From: a virus
Lineage: Duplodnaviria > Caudoviricetes
Strand: one strand, 5' to 3'
Length of the DNA: 53,028 nt
Virus record (IMG/VR): IMGVR_UViG_3300036466_000505
Span: 1 to 53,028 of that record
This document shows positions 10,601 through 19,054 of this stretch, in pieces; the stretch's first letter is position 1, and each line of letters opens with the position of its first letter. The notes below the pieces were generated by a model. It was given only the letters and a program-made list of their open reading frames with translations. It ran no database searches and was not told where the DNA came from. The position numbers and the translations under genes were made by a program.

Positions 10601-13600
10601 CGGCCGGAAAAGAGTCTGGGAGACAGGAGACAGGAGACCGAAAAACCAGAACCTCCGGAACCCGTCGAGCAAAAGGTTTCCGAACCGCACCCCCCGCAGG
10701 CCGGCACAGCCACGGCCGCCGATTTTATGGCCGAATGGGACCGGCAGGAGGCGGCGGAGCAGGAGACGCAGCCGGTAACCGGAACCGCTTCTGTTGACAC
10801 GCCTCCCTCCAATAAGGTGCAGCAGCAGGCCCAGGCAAAGAAAGATTCTGCCAAGTCGCACATGAAAGAAGCGGCCGGGCTGCTTTCTCAGGTCAACGAC
10901 ATCCTGTCCAAAAACGTCGGGTTGTCCGTGAAGGACGTTTCTCGGGATTCCGAAATTGACGAGTCCCTGTATCAGCAGATTCAGCCGCTTTTGAAACAGG
11001 CCCTGGATCATGTGATTGCCGCGGGCAAGGACGTGGCCGAGTACGTGACCCTTGCCCGGCAGATGCTCAAGGGGCCCAATGGCCGGAAATATTTCAAACG
11101 ATTTATCGAGGAGGAGTTCGATGCACCAGGTACCGCAGACCGTATGGGAAAAGATCGCCGAGACCGGGAAACTTCGGACCAACTGGGCGAAGATGATGTT
11201 CCAGATACAGGAACAGGACCGGGACGCGATAATGGAGCTGGTGGAACAGAAACTGGACGAACAGGGGGTCCCGAACAAGACGATCACCAGTTATCTGGAA
11301 GTGCTCCCTCTGGTGCTGGAACCAACAGCGATCAGCGCGGCAGTGGAACAGAACCCGGAACTGCGTCAGGCTCTGCCCGAGGTTCTGAACCGGCAGGAAG
11401 CAGTCCGGCTCATGACCCGCGACAGGCTGCTTCTGCCGAGCGAACAGACCGCACTGATGAAGCTCCTGCCCGAAACCCTGAATCAGGTGTGGGAAGCCTG
11501 GAGAGATCCGGCGGACCGGGTGCTGAATTCGAGCAGAAGCGACAGCAGCAGCGAGACGCCGAGTCCGTAACCGTTACCACCGGGGACCTGGACAACATCA
11601 AAAAGACCCTGCCGTTTTTGTATCCGGAACAGCACCAGGACGTGCTCAAGGCGGAAAACCGGTTCTTTGGAAAACAGCCTGAGCATCCGGACCCGTCCGC
11701 CAGGGCGAACCGGGGCATACTGTTCACCAACGGCACCGGGACAGGGAAAACCTATACCGGTCTGGGGATCATCAAGCGCCAGGAGCGCCAGGGCAGGACC
11801 AACATCATCGTGGTCACCCCGTCGGATAAAAAGGTGAAAGACTGGATTCAGGACGGGGAAAACCTCGGCCTGACCATGACCCAGCTGGAATCCCTCCAGG
11901 ATGCGGGAGAAGGCGTGGTGGTCACCACCTATGCCAATTTCGGGCAGAATACCGCCCTGCAGAGCCGGGACTGGGACCTGTTTGTCTTCGATGAATCCCA
12001 CAAACTGTCTGAGAACAAGGACGGCTCCAAGACCCTGTCCTGGAAGCAGTTTGAAGACCTCTCGTTTGCGGGCAGGCCCGGGATCAACCGGGTCCTTGAA
12101 GAATTCAAGGAAGAGCTGAGAGCCAAATATCCCAATCGTGGTCTTGAGGTCACAGATCCGTATTCCCTCCCCGGGGACCTTGGAGACCGGGTCCGGGCCC
12201 GAATCAACGAACTCCGCAACTCCCGGGCCGTGTTCCTGTCGGCCTCGCCCTTCGCGTACCGGAAATCCGTCATGTATGGCGACGGGTTCCTGTTCAATAC
12301 GGGCAGAGAACAACCGGACAACACCTCCGGGTACAATGCCGGAAACCCGGAACAGCAGTTTCTGATGTCCCGGTTCGGGTACCGGATGCGGTACAACAAG
12401 CTCACGGAACCGGAATCTTCCGTGGATGTGGCCCTGATGGAGCGGGAGTTTAATTCCTGGCTGCAGAGCATCGGAGCCCTGTCTGGCAGGGTTCTGGATA
12501 TGGACGCGGATTATTCCCGGGAATTTATCGACGTCCCCAGCGAATTGGGCTCCAAGATTCAGGCCGGGCTCGATTCGATGTCCGACCATGACACGTACCC
12601 GACCTTGTCCGGGGCCAGATATAAGGCATTTGACTACCATTACACGTCCTTGCTTTTGGAGTCGCTCAAGGTACGAGCGGCAGTGGACCGGATCAGGAAA
12701 CATCTTGATCTGGGACGCAAGGTGGTGGTGTTTCATTCCAGAAACCAGGGTGTGGCCAAGCATCCCTTTTCCCTGGACAGGATCATGGCTACGGCCAAAG
12801 TCTCTGGAGACGAAGCAAAAGAACTCCGGCGGGAATTTAATGCCTGGGCCCGCAAGCATCCGGATCTGGCAGGCTTGAACCTGTCGTCTCTGCAGAATGT
12901 GCCCGAGGCCATGGCCGGGGCGTTTGGTGACCAGGCTGTCTTTTTCAACGGCACGGTCCCCACGGCCACCAGAGAGCAGGGTGTGGCCGACTTCAACGAC
13001 GATACCGGCAGGTCCAGAGTTTTTGTGGTTCAGATCGACGCAGGAAAGGAGGGGATATCTCTGCATGACACCACGGGAAAATTCCCCCGGGTCATGCTCT
13101 CCTTGTATCTGCCCATCAAACCCACGGACGCGATTCAGTCCGAAGGTCGGATTTATCGGCTTGGCCAGAAATCCGATGCCGTGTTTGAATATCCCAAAAC
13201 CGGACTGCCGCTGGAACGGCATTTGTTCGGTTCCAAGGTCAACGAACGGGCCGGGACAGCTGAAAATCTGGCGCTGGGCGGATTGGCGCGAGACCTTCGG
13301 ACAGCGTACAGGGAAGGATATCTGAACTCCATTTCCGACGATCCCGGGACCCACCAGGGCCGGGGCGGCAAAGGAGCGGACAGAACAACCCAGCAGGCCA
13401 CGCCGTTTGAACGGGCGAAGTCGTATTATTTCGGCAGACAAAAACGGACAGCAAAAAACAAATCCAAAGAAGGGATCGACTATTTTGCCACTCCCGAACC
13501 TCTTGGGTTCAAGATGGTGGAATGGCTGAACCTCAAGCCCGGGGACAAGGTTCTTGAACCGTCTGCCGGCCATGGCGCCATTGCCCGTTTTTTCCCGGAC

Positions 13601-16600
13601 ACGGTCCAGGCGATTATGGTGGAACCGTCCGGGGAACTCTCGTCTCAGCTCTCCGTGGTGGCCCGTGGCCGGATCGACCGTACCCGGTTTGAGGATCTGA
13701 GCCAGAACAACAAGTTCGACGGGATTGCCATGAACCCGCCTTTTGGGAAAGGCGGCAAGCAGGCCATGGAACACCTGGCAAAAGCGTTCAAGCATTTGCG
13801 AGACGGTGGGCGGATTGTGGCCATTGTGCCTGATGGTCCGGCAATGGCCAGACGGCTGACGGCATGGCACCAGAGTGAAGATGCACAGAACGCTGTGCTG
13901 CGGGGGATGTTTGATCTTCCGCCGGTAACCTTTGAGCGGGCAGGAACCAGGGTGGCCACTCAGGTGGTTATCCTGGACAAATACAAGAATCCGGACCAGC
14001 GGGCAGAAATGGCGTACGCGGCCAACGCGGAGATTCAGGCCAACGATATCAACGAGCTGTTCAACCGGATCGAGGGGCTGTCCGCCCCGGAACGGGTCGC
14101 TCCCAAAGCAGAAGCAAACCAGGCACCCGCAGACCTGAAGGCATTCGGCTTGTCTTTGGATCAGGCCAAAAACGACCGGGGTTCCTTCTGGCTGGTGACC
14201 GGAAACACCTACAAGCACAAAGAGGACCTGAAGCGGGCCGGGGCAAAATGGAACCGGACGGAAAAAGGGTGGGCCTTTTACCAGGAAGAGAGTCCGGCAG
14301 AAAAGATTTTATCGGCACTGCCGGAACCGGAACCGAAATACTTCAGGGAGACACCGGTGCCCGGGGCCGGGATCGACACCCGGGACGCTGAAGATGTGGT
14401 GGATGCTATCCGGTCCATGCTGGCGGATGATATCGAGATCGAGGTGAAAGGCTCGGTTGATCAGCTTCCTGCCGCGATCCAGGACGATATGAAGGTCAAT
14501 GATGCCGAAGGATCTCCCGGGGTGTTCTGGAAGGGGACCGTGTATGTGGTGGCCGACAACCTTGAAAGCCGGGACGACCTGGTCAAGAACGTGCTGGGTC
14601 ACGAACTGACCCATGCCGGGTTGGCAAAAATGCGGGCACGGTTCCGCGGGCTGACCGGCAAGGCCAAAAAGGCCGCGACAGATATCGACCGGGTGCTGCG
14701 CCAGATATGGATGGCCAAAACCCGGGAGATCCGGAAGATGGCCGAGGAAGGAGGGCAGTACCATGGCGTGTTTGATCTGCGCACAGACAAGGGCCGCCTT
14801 GGGCTGACTGAAGAATGGCTTGCCAATCACGCCAAGGGCACCAGGTGGTACGACAAGTTCGTGGCCGCTGTCCGGCGGTTTCTGCGGGCCGTTGGGGACG
14901 CGGCCGGATTCAAGGTGGAGTTCTCCGAGGCTGAAGTTCGGGACCTGCTTGATCAGGCGGGACAGGCGGTGATGCGGTCCGGGGAGATGGAAGGGGAAAT
15001 TGCCCCTGCCTACTCCCGTCGGAGCAAAAACAACACCACCACCTCGGCGTCCTCTTCCCTGTTCCCGGAAGTCCAGGCCCGTATTGATGCGAACCGGGGG
15101 GTGAAGGCCAAGCGGTTCCTGGAGAAGGTCCAGGATTGGGCAACGCACGCAAAGCATGTGGCCTTTCGTCATTTTGTGCATCTTGATCCCAAGAAGTTCG
15201 GGAATGTGATTTCCATTCTTCGGGAAGCAGAAGCCATTCCGTCCACGTCTCAGGAATGGGCGGCCGAGCGGATGCGGGAGATCCTTGGGGATTTCTCCAA
15301 AGAGGAGTACCGGATCTTTTCCATGCGGGTCATTCTGCCGGATATGCTCAAGGATATTGATTCCGGATTGCTGGATGAAACCAAAATCCCCTTTGGGTAC
15401 GAATCCCGGGACCAGGTGGTCCAGGATCTGGAGCATTTTGAAGCCGGATCATCGGAGCTGGTGAACGAACGGCTTCGGACCCGGGACGAGATCATGGAAG
15501 AACTGCGCAAGGATATGGTCGCGCATAAAGTCCTGCCCAAGGATGTCCTCGATGACCCCCGGTATTTTCATCACCAGGTGATGCAGTACATGGCCGCAAC
15601 CGATTATTCCGGCACCGGGTCCAAGGATGCCCGGGTGCGCTGGAAGGGGTGGAAGACGGCACGAAAAGGTTCTGCCCTGGACTACAATACCGACTATCTG
15701 CAGGCCGAGTTCACCATTATGTCGCAGGGGCGGGCCGACGCGCTCCGGGCGGAGGTCCTGGCAGAGATCCGCAAGGTTACGGACAGATCCAAACGGCTCA
15801 AGCGGGATGCCAAGAAGACCAACCGGGCACAGTTCTATGCGGTGGCCGGGGTGCTTCCGCATGAGATCGGGACCAAGGCGGACCCGCTCCATCCGTATGC
15901 CGGGAAAATGGCCATGTATTTTTCCAAGCTGGAAAAGATGGCCAAGGACGACACGCTGGTGGCTCCTCCTGAATTCGAAGACGTGCTCGGAGAGCTGGAA
16001 GAGATTTCCGAACTGCGGCCGGAGATGGAGGAGGCCGGGCTGAGTTCCGATGAAATGCACATCCAGAACCCGAAGCTGTTTGCCTATCTTGGATGGCTGG
16101 CCCAGGGAGACCATCCCGGGACAGGAACAGCCAGGGGGATCTTCAAGGTGATTGCCAGCCGGGAAAAGCTGATCAAAACCACGCTTGGCAAACAGTTCAA
16201 GACCCTGAAGGACCTGGTCCCTGAAGGCTATGTGATCTGGTCGCCCATGGTGAAATCGCCCATGTTCAAGGCTCCCACCATCCCTGAGAAGATTATGCGG
16301 CAACTGCTGCTGGGGGAAAAGATCGAGATCGGCCGGGGCGATGTGAAGGAGATGTGGGCGCGGGGCCAGAAGGAATTGTGGGTGATTCCGGAACCGGTGG
16401 CCAATCAGTTGGATGAACCGGCCCAGGTGGAAACCTCATCCCTTGGCCGGGCAGACCGGGCAATTTTGAACGGCTGGAAACAATGGACCTTGCTGAATCC
16501 GTTTCGCGTGCTGAAATACAATCTGAACAACACCTCCGGAGATGCTGATATCGTGATGGCTTATGACCCGGCCATCTTCAAGGAAGTTCGCCAGGCGGCT

Positions 16601-18046
16601 TCGGATCTCTGGAAGTGGACCCACGGCAAAGAACTGGGAAGCGCGGCCCGCGACGAGCTGCACGACGCCCTGTCTCGTGATGTGATTGGCTCCGGGTTGA
16701 CGGTGCAGGAAGTGCCGGACGTAACCGCTCAGATGTCGGAAGACCGATTGCTGGAAGATTTGTTCCGGGACCGGAAACCTTCGGTGATGTCCAGGTACTG
16801 GCGTACGGTAAAGGATTTTACCACCTGGAGGGAAAACGTGCTGCGGCTGGCCGCGTACAGGCATTTTAAAGCAAAGGTCCAAGCCGGAACGTTGAAAGAT
16901 TATGCTGCATCCATCCCGGAGATGATTGACGACATCAAAGACCCCAATCGCAAGGCGGCCACCCTGGCGCGCGAGCTGGTAGGGGATTACGGAAACCTGT
17001 CTCAAGCCGGGATGTGGATCAGGAGACATATGATCCCGTTCTGGTCCTGGATGGAGATCAACCTCCCCAGGTATGTCCGGCTGATGCGGAATCTGCCCAA
17101 TGAGAACCAGGGACGGCTGGCCAAGATCGGAGGCTGGAAAGCAGGGAAAAAAGGTGCAGGGCTGGCGCTGAAGGCGTTCGTGCTGTACGGGGCGGTCCAG
17201 CTCTGGAATCACCTGTTCTTTCCGGATGAGGAGGAAGAACTGAGCCGCACCGGCAGGAATCAGGTCCACTTGATTCTTGGCAGGAGAGGCGATGGTTCTA
17301 TTCGCTCTATCCGCTTCCAGGGCGCTTTGACAGATGCTTTGTCCTGGTTTGGGATGGAGAACCCGGTTTCCACGCTAAAGGCGCTGTACAAGGACACCAT
17401 GGATGGCGCGGATGTATGGGAGGAGTTCCTGAAATCCGCTCCCAATAAGTTGATCCTGTCAGCCAGGCCTTTTGCTAGGACAGGTATGGAGGTGTTGACC
17501 GGCGACCAGTTGTACCCCGACGCGTTCAGAGCGCGACCGGTGCGGGATAAAGTGGAGCACCTGGCGCGGACGTTTTCCATGTCCGGCCTGGTCAACTGGC
17601 TGGAAGGCAAGCCCAAGCGGGGCGGGTCTGTCTTTGGCCAGCTTGCCCGGGATATCGAGGGGCTGCTCATGTATTCCACGGACCCGGGCGAATCCGCATA
17701 CTGGGATATTCGCGCGGATATGTACAAATGGCTTCGGCGAAACGGGGTGGAAACCGGGGCCAGCAAGCCCACCAGCAAAGGCAATGCCCTGTACTGGTAC
17801 AAGCAATCCCTGCGGTTCGGGGACCTGAAAGGCGCGGAACGGTTCTGGAAGCAGTATCGTGATCTTGGAGGCAACAGGCGGAGCGCGGACCGGTCCATTC
17901 GGATGGCAGATCCGAGAAGGACGCCCCCGGGCGTGAAGCGGCGGAAGATGGAGGAATACAAGCGACAACTCAGCCCGGCCCGAAAGAAGCTGATGGACCA
18001 GGCCGTGAGGTGGTATAAAGACGTGTACGCGGATCGAAAGCAATAG
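7646..18046 (+). CDS. Giant polyvalent (DarB-like) protein: DdrB-like ParB fold, Strawberry-notch-type SF2 helicase, N6-adenine MTase, HExxH zincin, LPD-type C-terminus
   Basis: VVEMADLVPSH...GPPVV...GGNSR (~9440-9700); GTGTGKT (~11730) and FDESH (~11990); YFATP, VLEPSAGHG and NPPF (~13480-13745); HELTH (~14600). ATG 7646 follows GGAG; the track start is 7640. Confidence 0.85.
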   Translation: MSNLFTPEDLEYFERTELQPSIDAYQPRPGDAAWQEPEPPAPVQAVPVSAGAGIPADDQGLTGGFGWGGMETPEQDSTVGAEMWERTKKGGYQLGQMMADAPGFVYDVAAVPQNFLADKLNMPGLRATSDTSGAMLGLEQNPVSGYFKDQSEISEQKIAKANPKYRQGVIDSFEKGDWSTGFRNLAGGILESLQPSMSVMLSGGTMGTAGTVGTGAALFGAGKQAEIEQHGSDLPEWQQTMVAANNGALEGLFETALGAGAMGKAFKNVITRSLKEGGEEAARAGGKRFLGDMWARMVAENPALAPLGEGFEELGTQISQNAVDKYSGYRPDIALTEGAGDAMLMGIGQGGMMAGGLYAAKSGVADPAPEPGKQTDMLNTGGDVPGGLSASTKPMAPEELAETIKAPGQTAPQKEQPVSTEQAPADLVGLEPEEIAELLEVNGVADDLVSDAGRSGAEAVQPTGTEAGPEQVVEQVPFEPFTDDELALMLDTRESTVLPGEPDFSFSHPSQEPISGISENNPQEVPSGQKGPETGSPDQAGAVVGQEPAGYGTVGYGQPGDNSNAVAGGGDAEAEPRTVPGYRGKNVAILHPGGEEQADYAVVEMADLVPSHVPEQGFQKNPDYTPVNERTYHSSPDEQGKVLDNAAGLDPRFLITESPDAVHGPPVVTRDGQVLGGNSRTMSTRLAYERHPERAEQYRQTISDKAEEYGVDPQAVQEMNQPVLVRMLRNRPDEQETARLVSAFNQDFKQAVNPDAEGVSKAKFVSDETFSIMSKGLENHKTLKEYLDSAGARPFLESMVKDGALEKSQMTRFMKEGQLTPEGKTHVQRIVRGRVFDDHDLIDQLAPDTVNKIDRALPGLVKILGRGGKWNVVPQMSQALRHYVRYKNSPEFPTLGSYFAQKEMFEAIPGKKDIWTQTLAYVLNGTKTTALSEGFHLFSRDAVATQKKTGMLPGMGEILPTVEKSRRYFKTDESAHLFKGVEDVGRPEKSLGDRRQETEKPEPPEPVEQKVSEPHPPQAGTATAADFMAEWDRQEAAEQETQPVTGTASVDTPPSNKVQQQAQAKKDSAKSHMKEAAGLLSQVNDILSKNVGLSVKDVSRDSEIDESLYQQIQPLLKQALDHVIAAGKDVAEYVTLARQMLKGPNGRKYFKRFIEEEFDAPGTADRMGKDRRDRETSDQLGEDDVPDTGTGPGRDNGAGGTETGRTGGPEQDDHQLSGSAPSGAGTNSDQRGSGTEPGTASGSARGSEPAGSSPAHDPRQAASAERTDRTDEAPARNPESGVGSLERSGGPGAEFEQKRQQQRDAESVTVTTGDLDNIKKTLPFLYPEQHQDVLKAENRFFGKQPEHPDPSARANRGILFTNGTGTGKTYTGLGIIKRQERQGRTNIIVVTPSDKKVKDWIQDGENLGLTMTQLESLQDAGEGVVVTTYANFGQNTALQSRDWDLFVFDESHKLSENKDGSKTLSWKQFEDLSFAGRPGINRVLEEFKEELRAKYPNRGLEVTDPYSLPGDLGDRVRARINELRNSRAVFLSASPFAYRKSVMYGDGFLFNTGREQPDNTSGYNAGNPEQQFLMSRFGYRMRYNKLTEPESSVDVALMEREFNSWLQSIGALSGRVLDMDADYSREFIDVPSELGSKIQAGLDSMSDHDTYPTLSGARYKAFDYHYTSLLLESLKVRAAVDRIRKHLDLGRKVVVFHSRNQGVAKHPFSLDRIMATAKVSGDEAKELRREFNAWARKHPDLAGLNLSSLQNVPEAMAGAFGDQAVFFNGTVPTATREQGVADFNDDTGRSRVFVVQIDAGKEGISLHDTTGKFPRVMLSLYLPIKPTDAIQSEGRIYRLGQKSDAVFEYPKTGLPLERHLFGSKVNERAGTAENLALGGLARDLRTAYREGYLNSISDDPGTHQGRGGKGADRTTQQATPFERAKSYYFGRQKRTAKNKSKEGIDYFATPEPLGFKMVEWLNLKPGDKVLEPSAGHGAIARFFPDTVQAIMVEPSGELSSQLSVVARGRIDRTRFEDLSQNNKFDGIAMNPPFGKGGKQAMEHLAKAFKHLRDGGRIVAIVPDGPAMARRLTAWHQSEDAQNAVLRGMFDLPPVTFERAGTRVATQVVILDKYKNPDQRAEMAYAANAEIQANDINELFNRIEGLSAPERVAPKAEANQAPADLKAFGLSLDQAKNDRGSFWLVTGNTYKHKEDLKRAGAKWNRTEKGWAFYQEESPAEKILSALPEPEPKYFRETPVPGAGIDTRDAEDVVDAIRSMLADDIEIEVKGSVDQLPAAIQDDMKVNDAEGSPGVFWKGTVYVVADNLESRDDLVKNVLGHELTHAGLAKMRARFRGLTGKAKKAATDIDRVLRQIWMAKTREIRKMAEEGGQYHGVFDLRTDKGRLGLTEEWLANHAKGTRWYDKFVAAVRRFLRAVGDAAGFKVEFSEAEVRDLLDQAGQAVMRSGEMEGEIAPAYSRRSKNNTTTSASSSLFPEVQARIDANRGVKAKRFLEKVQDWATHAKHVAFRHFVHLDPKKFGNVISILREAEAIPSTSQEWAAERMREILGDFSKEEYRIFSMRVILPDMLKDIDSGLLDETKIPFGYESRDQVVQDLEHFEAGSSELVNERLRTRDEIMEELRKDMVAHKVLPKDVLDDPRYFHHQVMQYMAATDYSGTGSKDARVRWKGWKTARKGSALDYNTDYLQAEFTIMSQGRADALRAEVLAEIRKVTDRSKRLKRDAKKTNRAQFYAVAGVLPHEIGTKADPLHPYAGKMAMYFSKLEKMAKDDTLVAPPEFEDVLGELEEISELRPEMEEAGLSSDEMHIQNPKLFAYLGWLAQGDHPGTGTARGIFKVIASREKLIKTTLGKQFKTLKDLVPEGYVIWSPMVKSPMFKAPTIPEKIMRQLLLGEKIEIGRGDVKEMWARGQKELWVIPEPVANQLDEPAQVETSSLGRADRAILNGWKQWTLLNPFRVLKYNLNNTSGDADIVMAYDPAIFKEVRQAASDLWKWTHGKELGSAARDELHDALSRDVIGSGLTVQEVPDVTAQMSEDRLLEDLFRDRKPSVMSRYWRTVKDFTTWRENVLRLAAYRHFKAKVQAGTLKDYAASIPEMIDDIKDPNRKAATLARELVGDYGNLSQAGMWIRRHMIPFWSWMEINLPRYVRLMRNLPNENQGRLAKIGGWKAGKKGAGLALKAFVLYGAVQLWNHLFFPDEEEELSRTGRNQVHLILGRRGDGSIRSIRFQGALTDALSWFGMENPVSTLKALYKDTMDGADVWEEFLKSAPNKLILSARPFARTGMEVLTGDQLYPDAFRARPVRDKVEHLARTFSMSGLVNWLEGKPKRGGSVFGQLARDIEGLLMYSTDPGESAYWDIRADMYKWLRRNGVETGASKPTSKGNALYWYKQSLRFGDLKGAERFWKQYRDLGGNRRSADRSIRMADPRRTPPGVKRRKMEEYKRQLSPARKKLMDQAVRWYKDVYADRKQ
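9225..9407 (+). CDS. Putative overprinted 60-aa protein nested in the +1 frame of the giant gene
   Basis: AGGAGGT then 5 nt then GTG. Sequence MAKKDLKQEARIRRAQLWAKNQPDME... looks helical, while the host frame here is a low-complexity linker. Confidence 0.5.
   Translation: MAKKDLKQEARIRRAQLWAKNQPDMEQLDMDNPEIIATLLLAGAMQKQNPEPSPDTGEKM
11121..11570 (+). CDS. Putative overprinted 149-aa protein nested in the +1 frame of the giant gene
   Basis: GAGGAGGAG then 4 nt then ATG. Sequence MHQVPQTVWEKIAETGKLRTNWAKMMFQ... is amphipathic and helical, while the host frame is a G/S/T/D/R-rich linker. Confidence 0.65.
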   Translation: MHQVPQTVWEKIAETGKLRTNWAKMMFQIQEQDRDAIMELVEQKLDEQGVPNKTITSYLEVLPLVLEPTAISAAVEQNPELRQALPEVLNRQEAVRLMTRDRLLLPSEQTALMKLLPETLNQVWEAWRDPADRVLNSSRSDSSSETPSP

Positions 18047-18050
18047 CAGC

Positions 18051-18089
18051 AGACAGCCCCGCCAGGAGATACTGGCGGGGCTGTCTTTT
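18051..18089. terminator. Intrinsic terminator between convergent operons
   Basis: 15-bp perfect stem AGACAGCCCCGCCAG/CTGGCGGGGCTGTCT followed by Ts. Confidence 0.85.
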
Positions 18090-18098
18090 GGCTCCTGC

Positions 18099-18353
18099 TT
18101 AAAAAGCGGGTCGAGCACCGTATGGTTCGAATTGTCGTTTAAAGAACATGCTGAACTTGCCGGGAAAAAGTTGTTCTTCCCAGGATTGGCCAGGAAAATT
18201 CAGGACCCGAAGAGTTTTTCTGAGTTCGTACATTTTCTCCTGCTCTTCCTTGATGACCGCCCGGGACCATTCGTCAAACATCCCTCCCCGGACGTTTTTC
18301 GGTATTTCAGGGTTCAGCCACTTTAGCGGCCAGATATTAAGTTGTGCGCTCAT
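18099..18353 (-). CDS. Hypothetical protein
   Basis: 84-aa ORF whose start overlaps the upstream stop. Confidence 0.6.
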   Translation of the reverse strand: MSAQLNIWPLKWLNPEIPKNVRGGMFDEWSRAVIKEEQEKMYELRKTLRVLNFPGQSWEEQLFPGKFSMFFKRQFEPYGARPAF

Positions 18354-18616
18354 TGATCTTCCCCCTTGGCCTTCGCTTCAATTTCTCGAAAGTAATCATA
18401 AACCCACTGTTCTTCTTCCTGCACCCCCACCCTTTCCCATCGATTCAACATATTGCCCAAAGCGGGCAGCATTTCCGGTGCGGCAGAGATGACGGGGAGA
18501 TCATCGGGGTCAGGCACATAGGCAACGATTTTCCCATCGGCACGTTTGATGACACCGGCATCAGGGGCGGAAAGGGCAGGTCCTGCTTTCCATGGCCCTT
18601 TGGAGTGTTTGTTCAT
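18350..18616 (-). CDS. Small phage protein of the 'HTPGPW...LIAAAPEML' type
   Basis: MNKHSKGPW...VISAAPEMLPAL; similar to 23936..24199. Confidence 0.7.
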   Translation of the reverse strand: MNKHSKGPWKAGPALSAPDAGVIKRADGKIVAYVPDPDDLPVISAAPEMLPALGNMLNRWERVGVQEEEQWVYDYFREIEAKAKGEDQ

Positions 18617-18715
18617 ATTATCCACCCTCTCCGAAACCGTCAAAAACTTGACGGGCTAAAAATTATGGGTCAAAGTATGGCATCCGTTTTGCAAATTTAT
18701 CTGTGAGGCCTTGTC

Positions 18716-19054
18716 ATGAAAAAAATCTCTCCCAAAGCCCAGCGGCTTGGAAAACTGCCCGGGTTTGAGCAGGATCTTTCTCAGCTTCCCCGGGAGCACC
18801 GGCTGCGGATCTGGCTGTCCGAGCACGGGCTGGGGTTGATCGACCTGTGCGGGCTTCTTGGCCGGGACGGAGTGCCCTGCCACAAGTCCTACCCCGGCAA
18901 AGTACTGATCTCCTGCGTGGACCGCCTGCCCGACCACCAGCGGCAGTCCCTGATCGACTTCGGCATCCCCGAAGACCTGCTGCCCGAGCGGATCGAAATC
19001 AGGCACCATGCCCGTCCGGTCCGGGAGAAGCGGCCGAACCCCCTGGCGCTGTAG
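18716..19054 (+). CDS. Hypothetical protein (possible HTH regulator)
   Basis: 112-aa ORF with GAGG upstream, divergent from the 18616 gene. Confidence 0.55.
   Translation: MKKISPKAQRLGKLPGFEQDLSQLPREHRLRIWLSEHGLGLIDLCGLLGRDGVPCHKSYPGKVLISCVDRLPDHQRQSLIDFGIPEDLLPERIEIRHHARPVREKRPNPLAL

Noticed and set aside
11483-14218. Long antisense ORFs (911 aa here; also 1110..2720, 7558..9207, 41797..43392)
   Set aside because: These are shadow frames of GC-rich sense genes, with no motifs or SD support.
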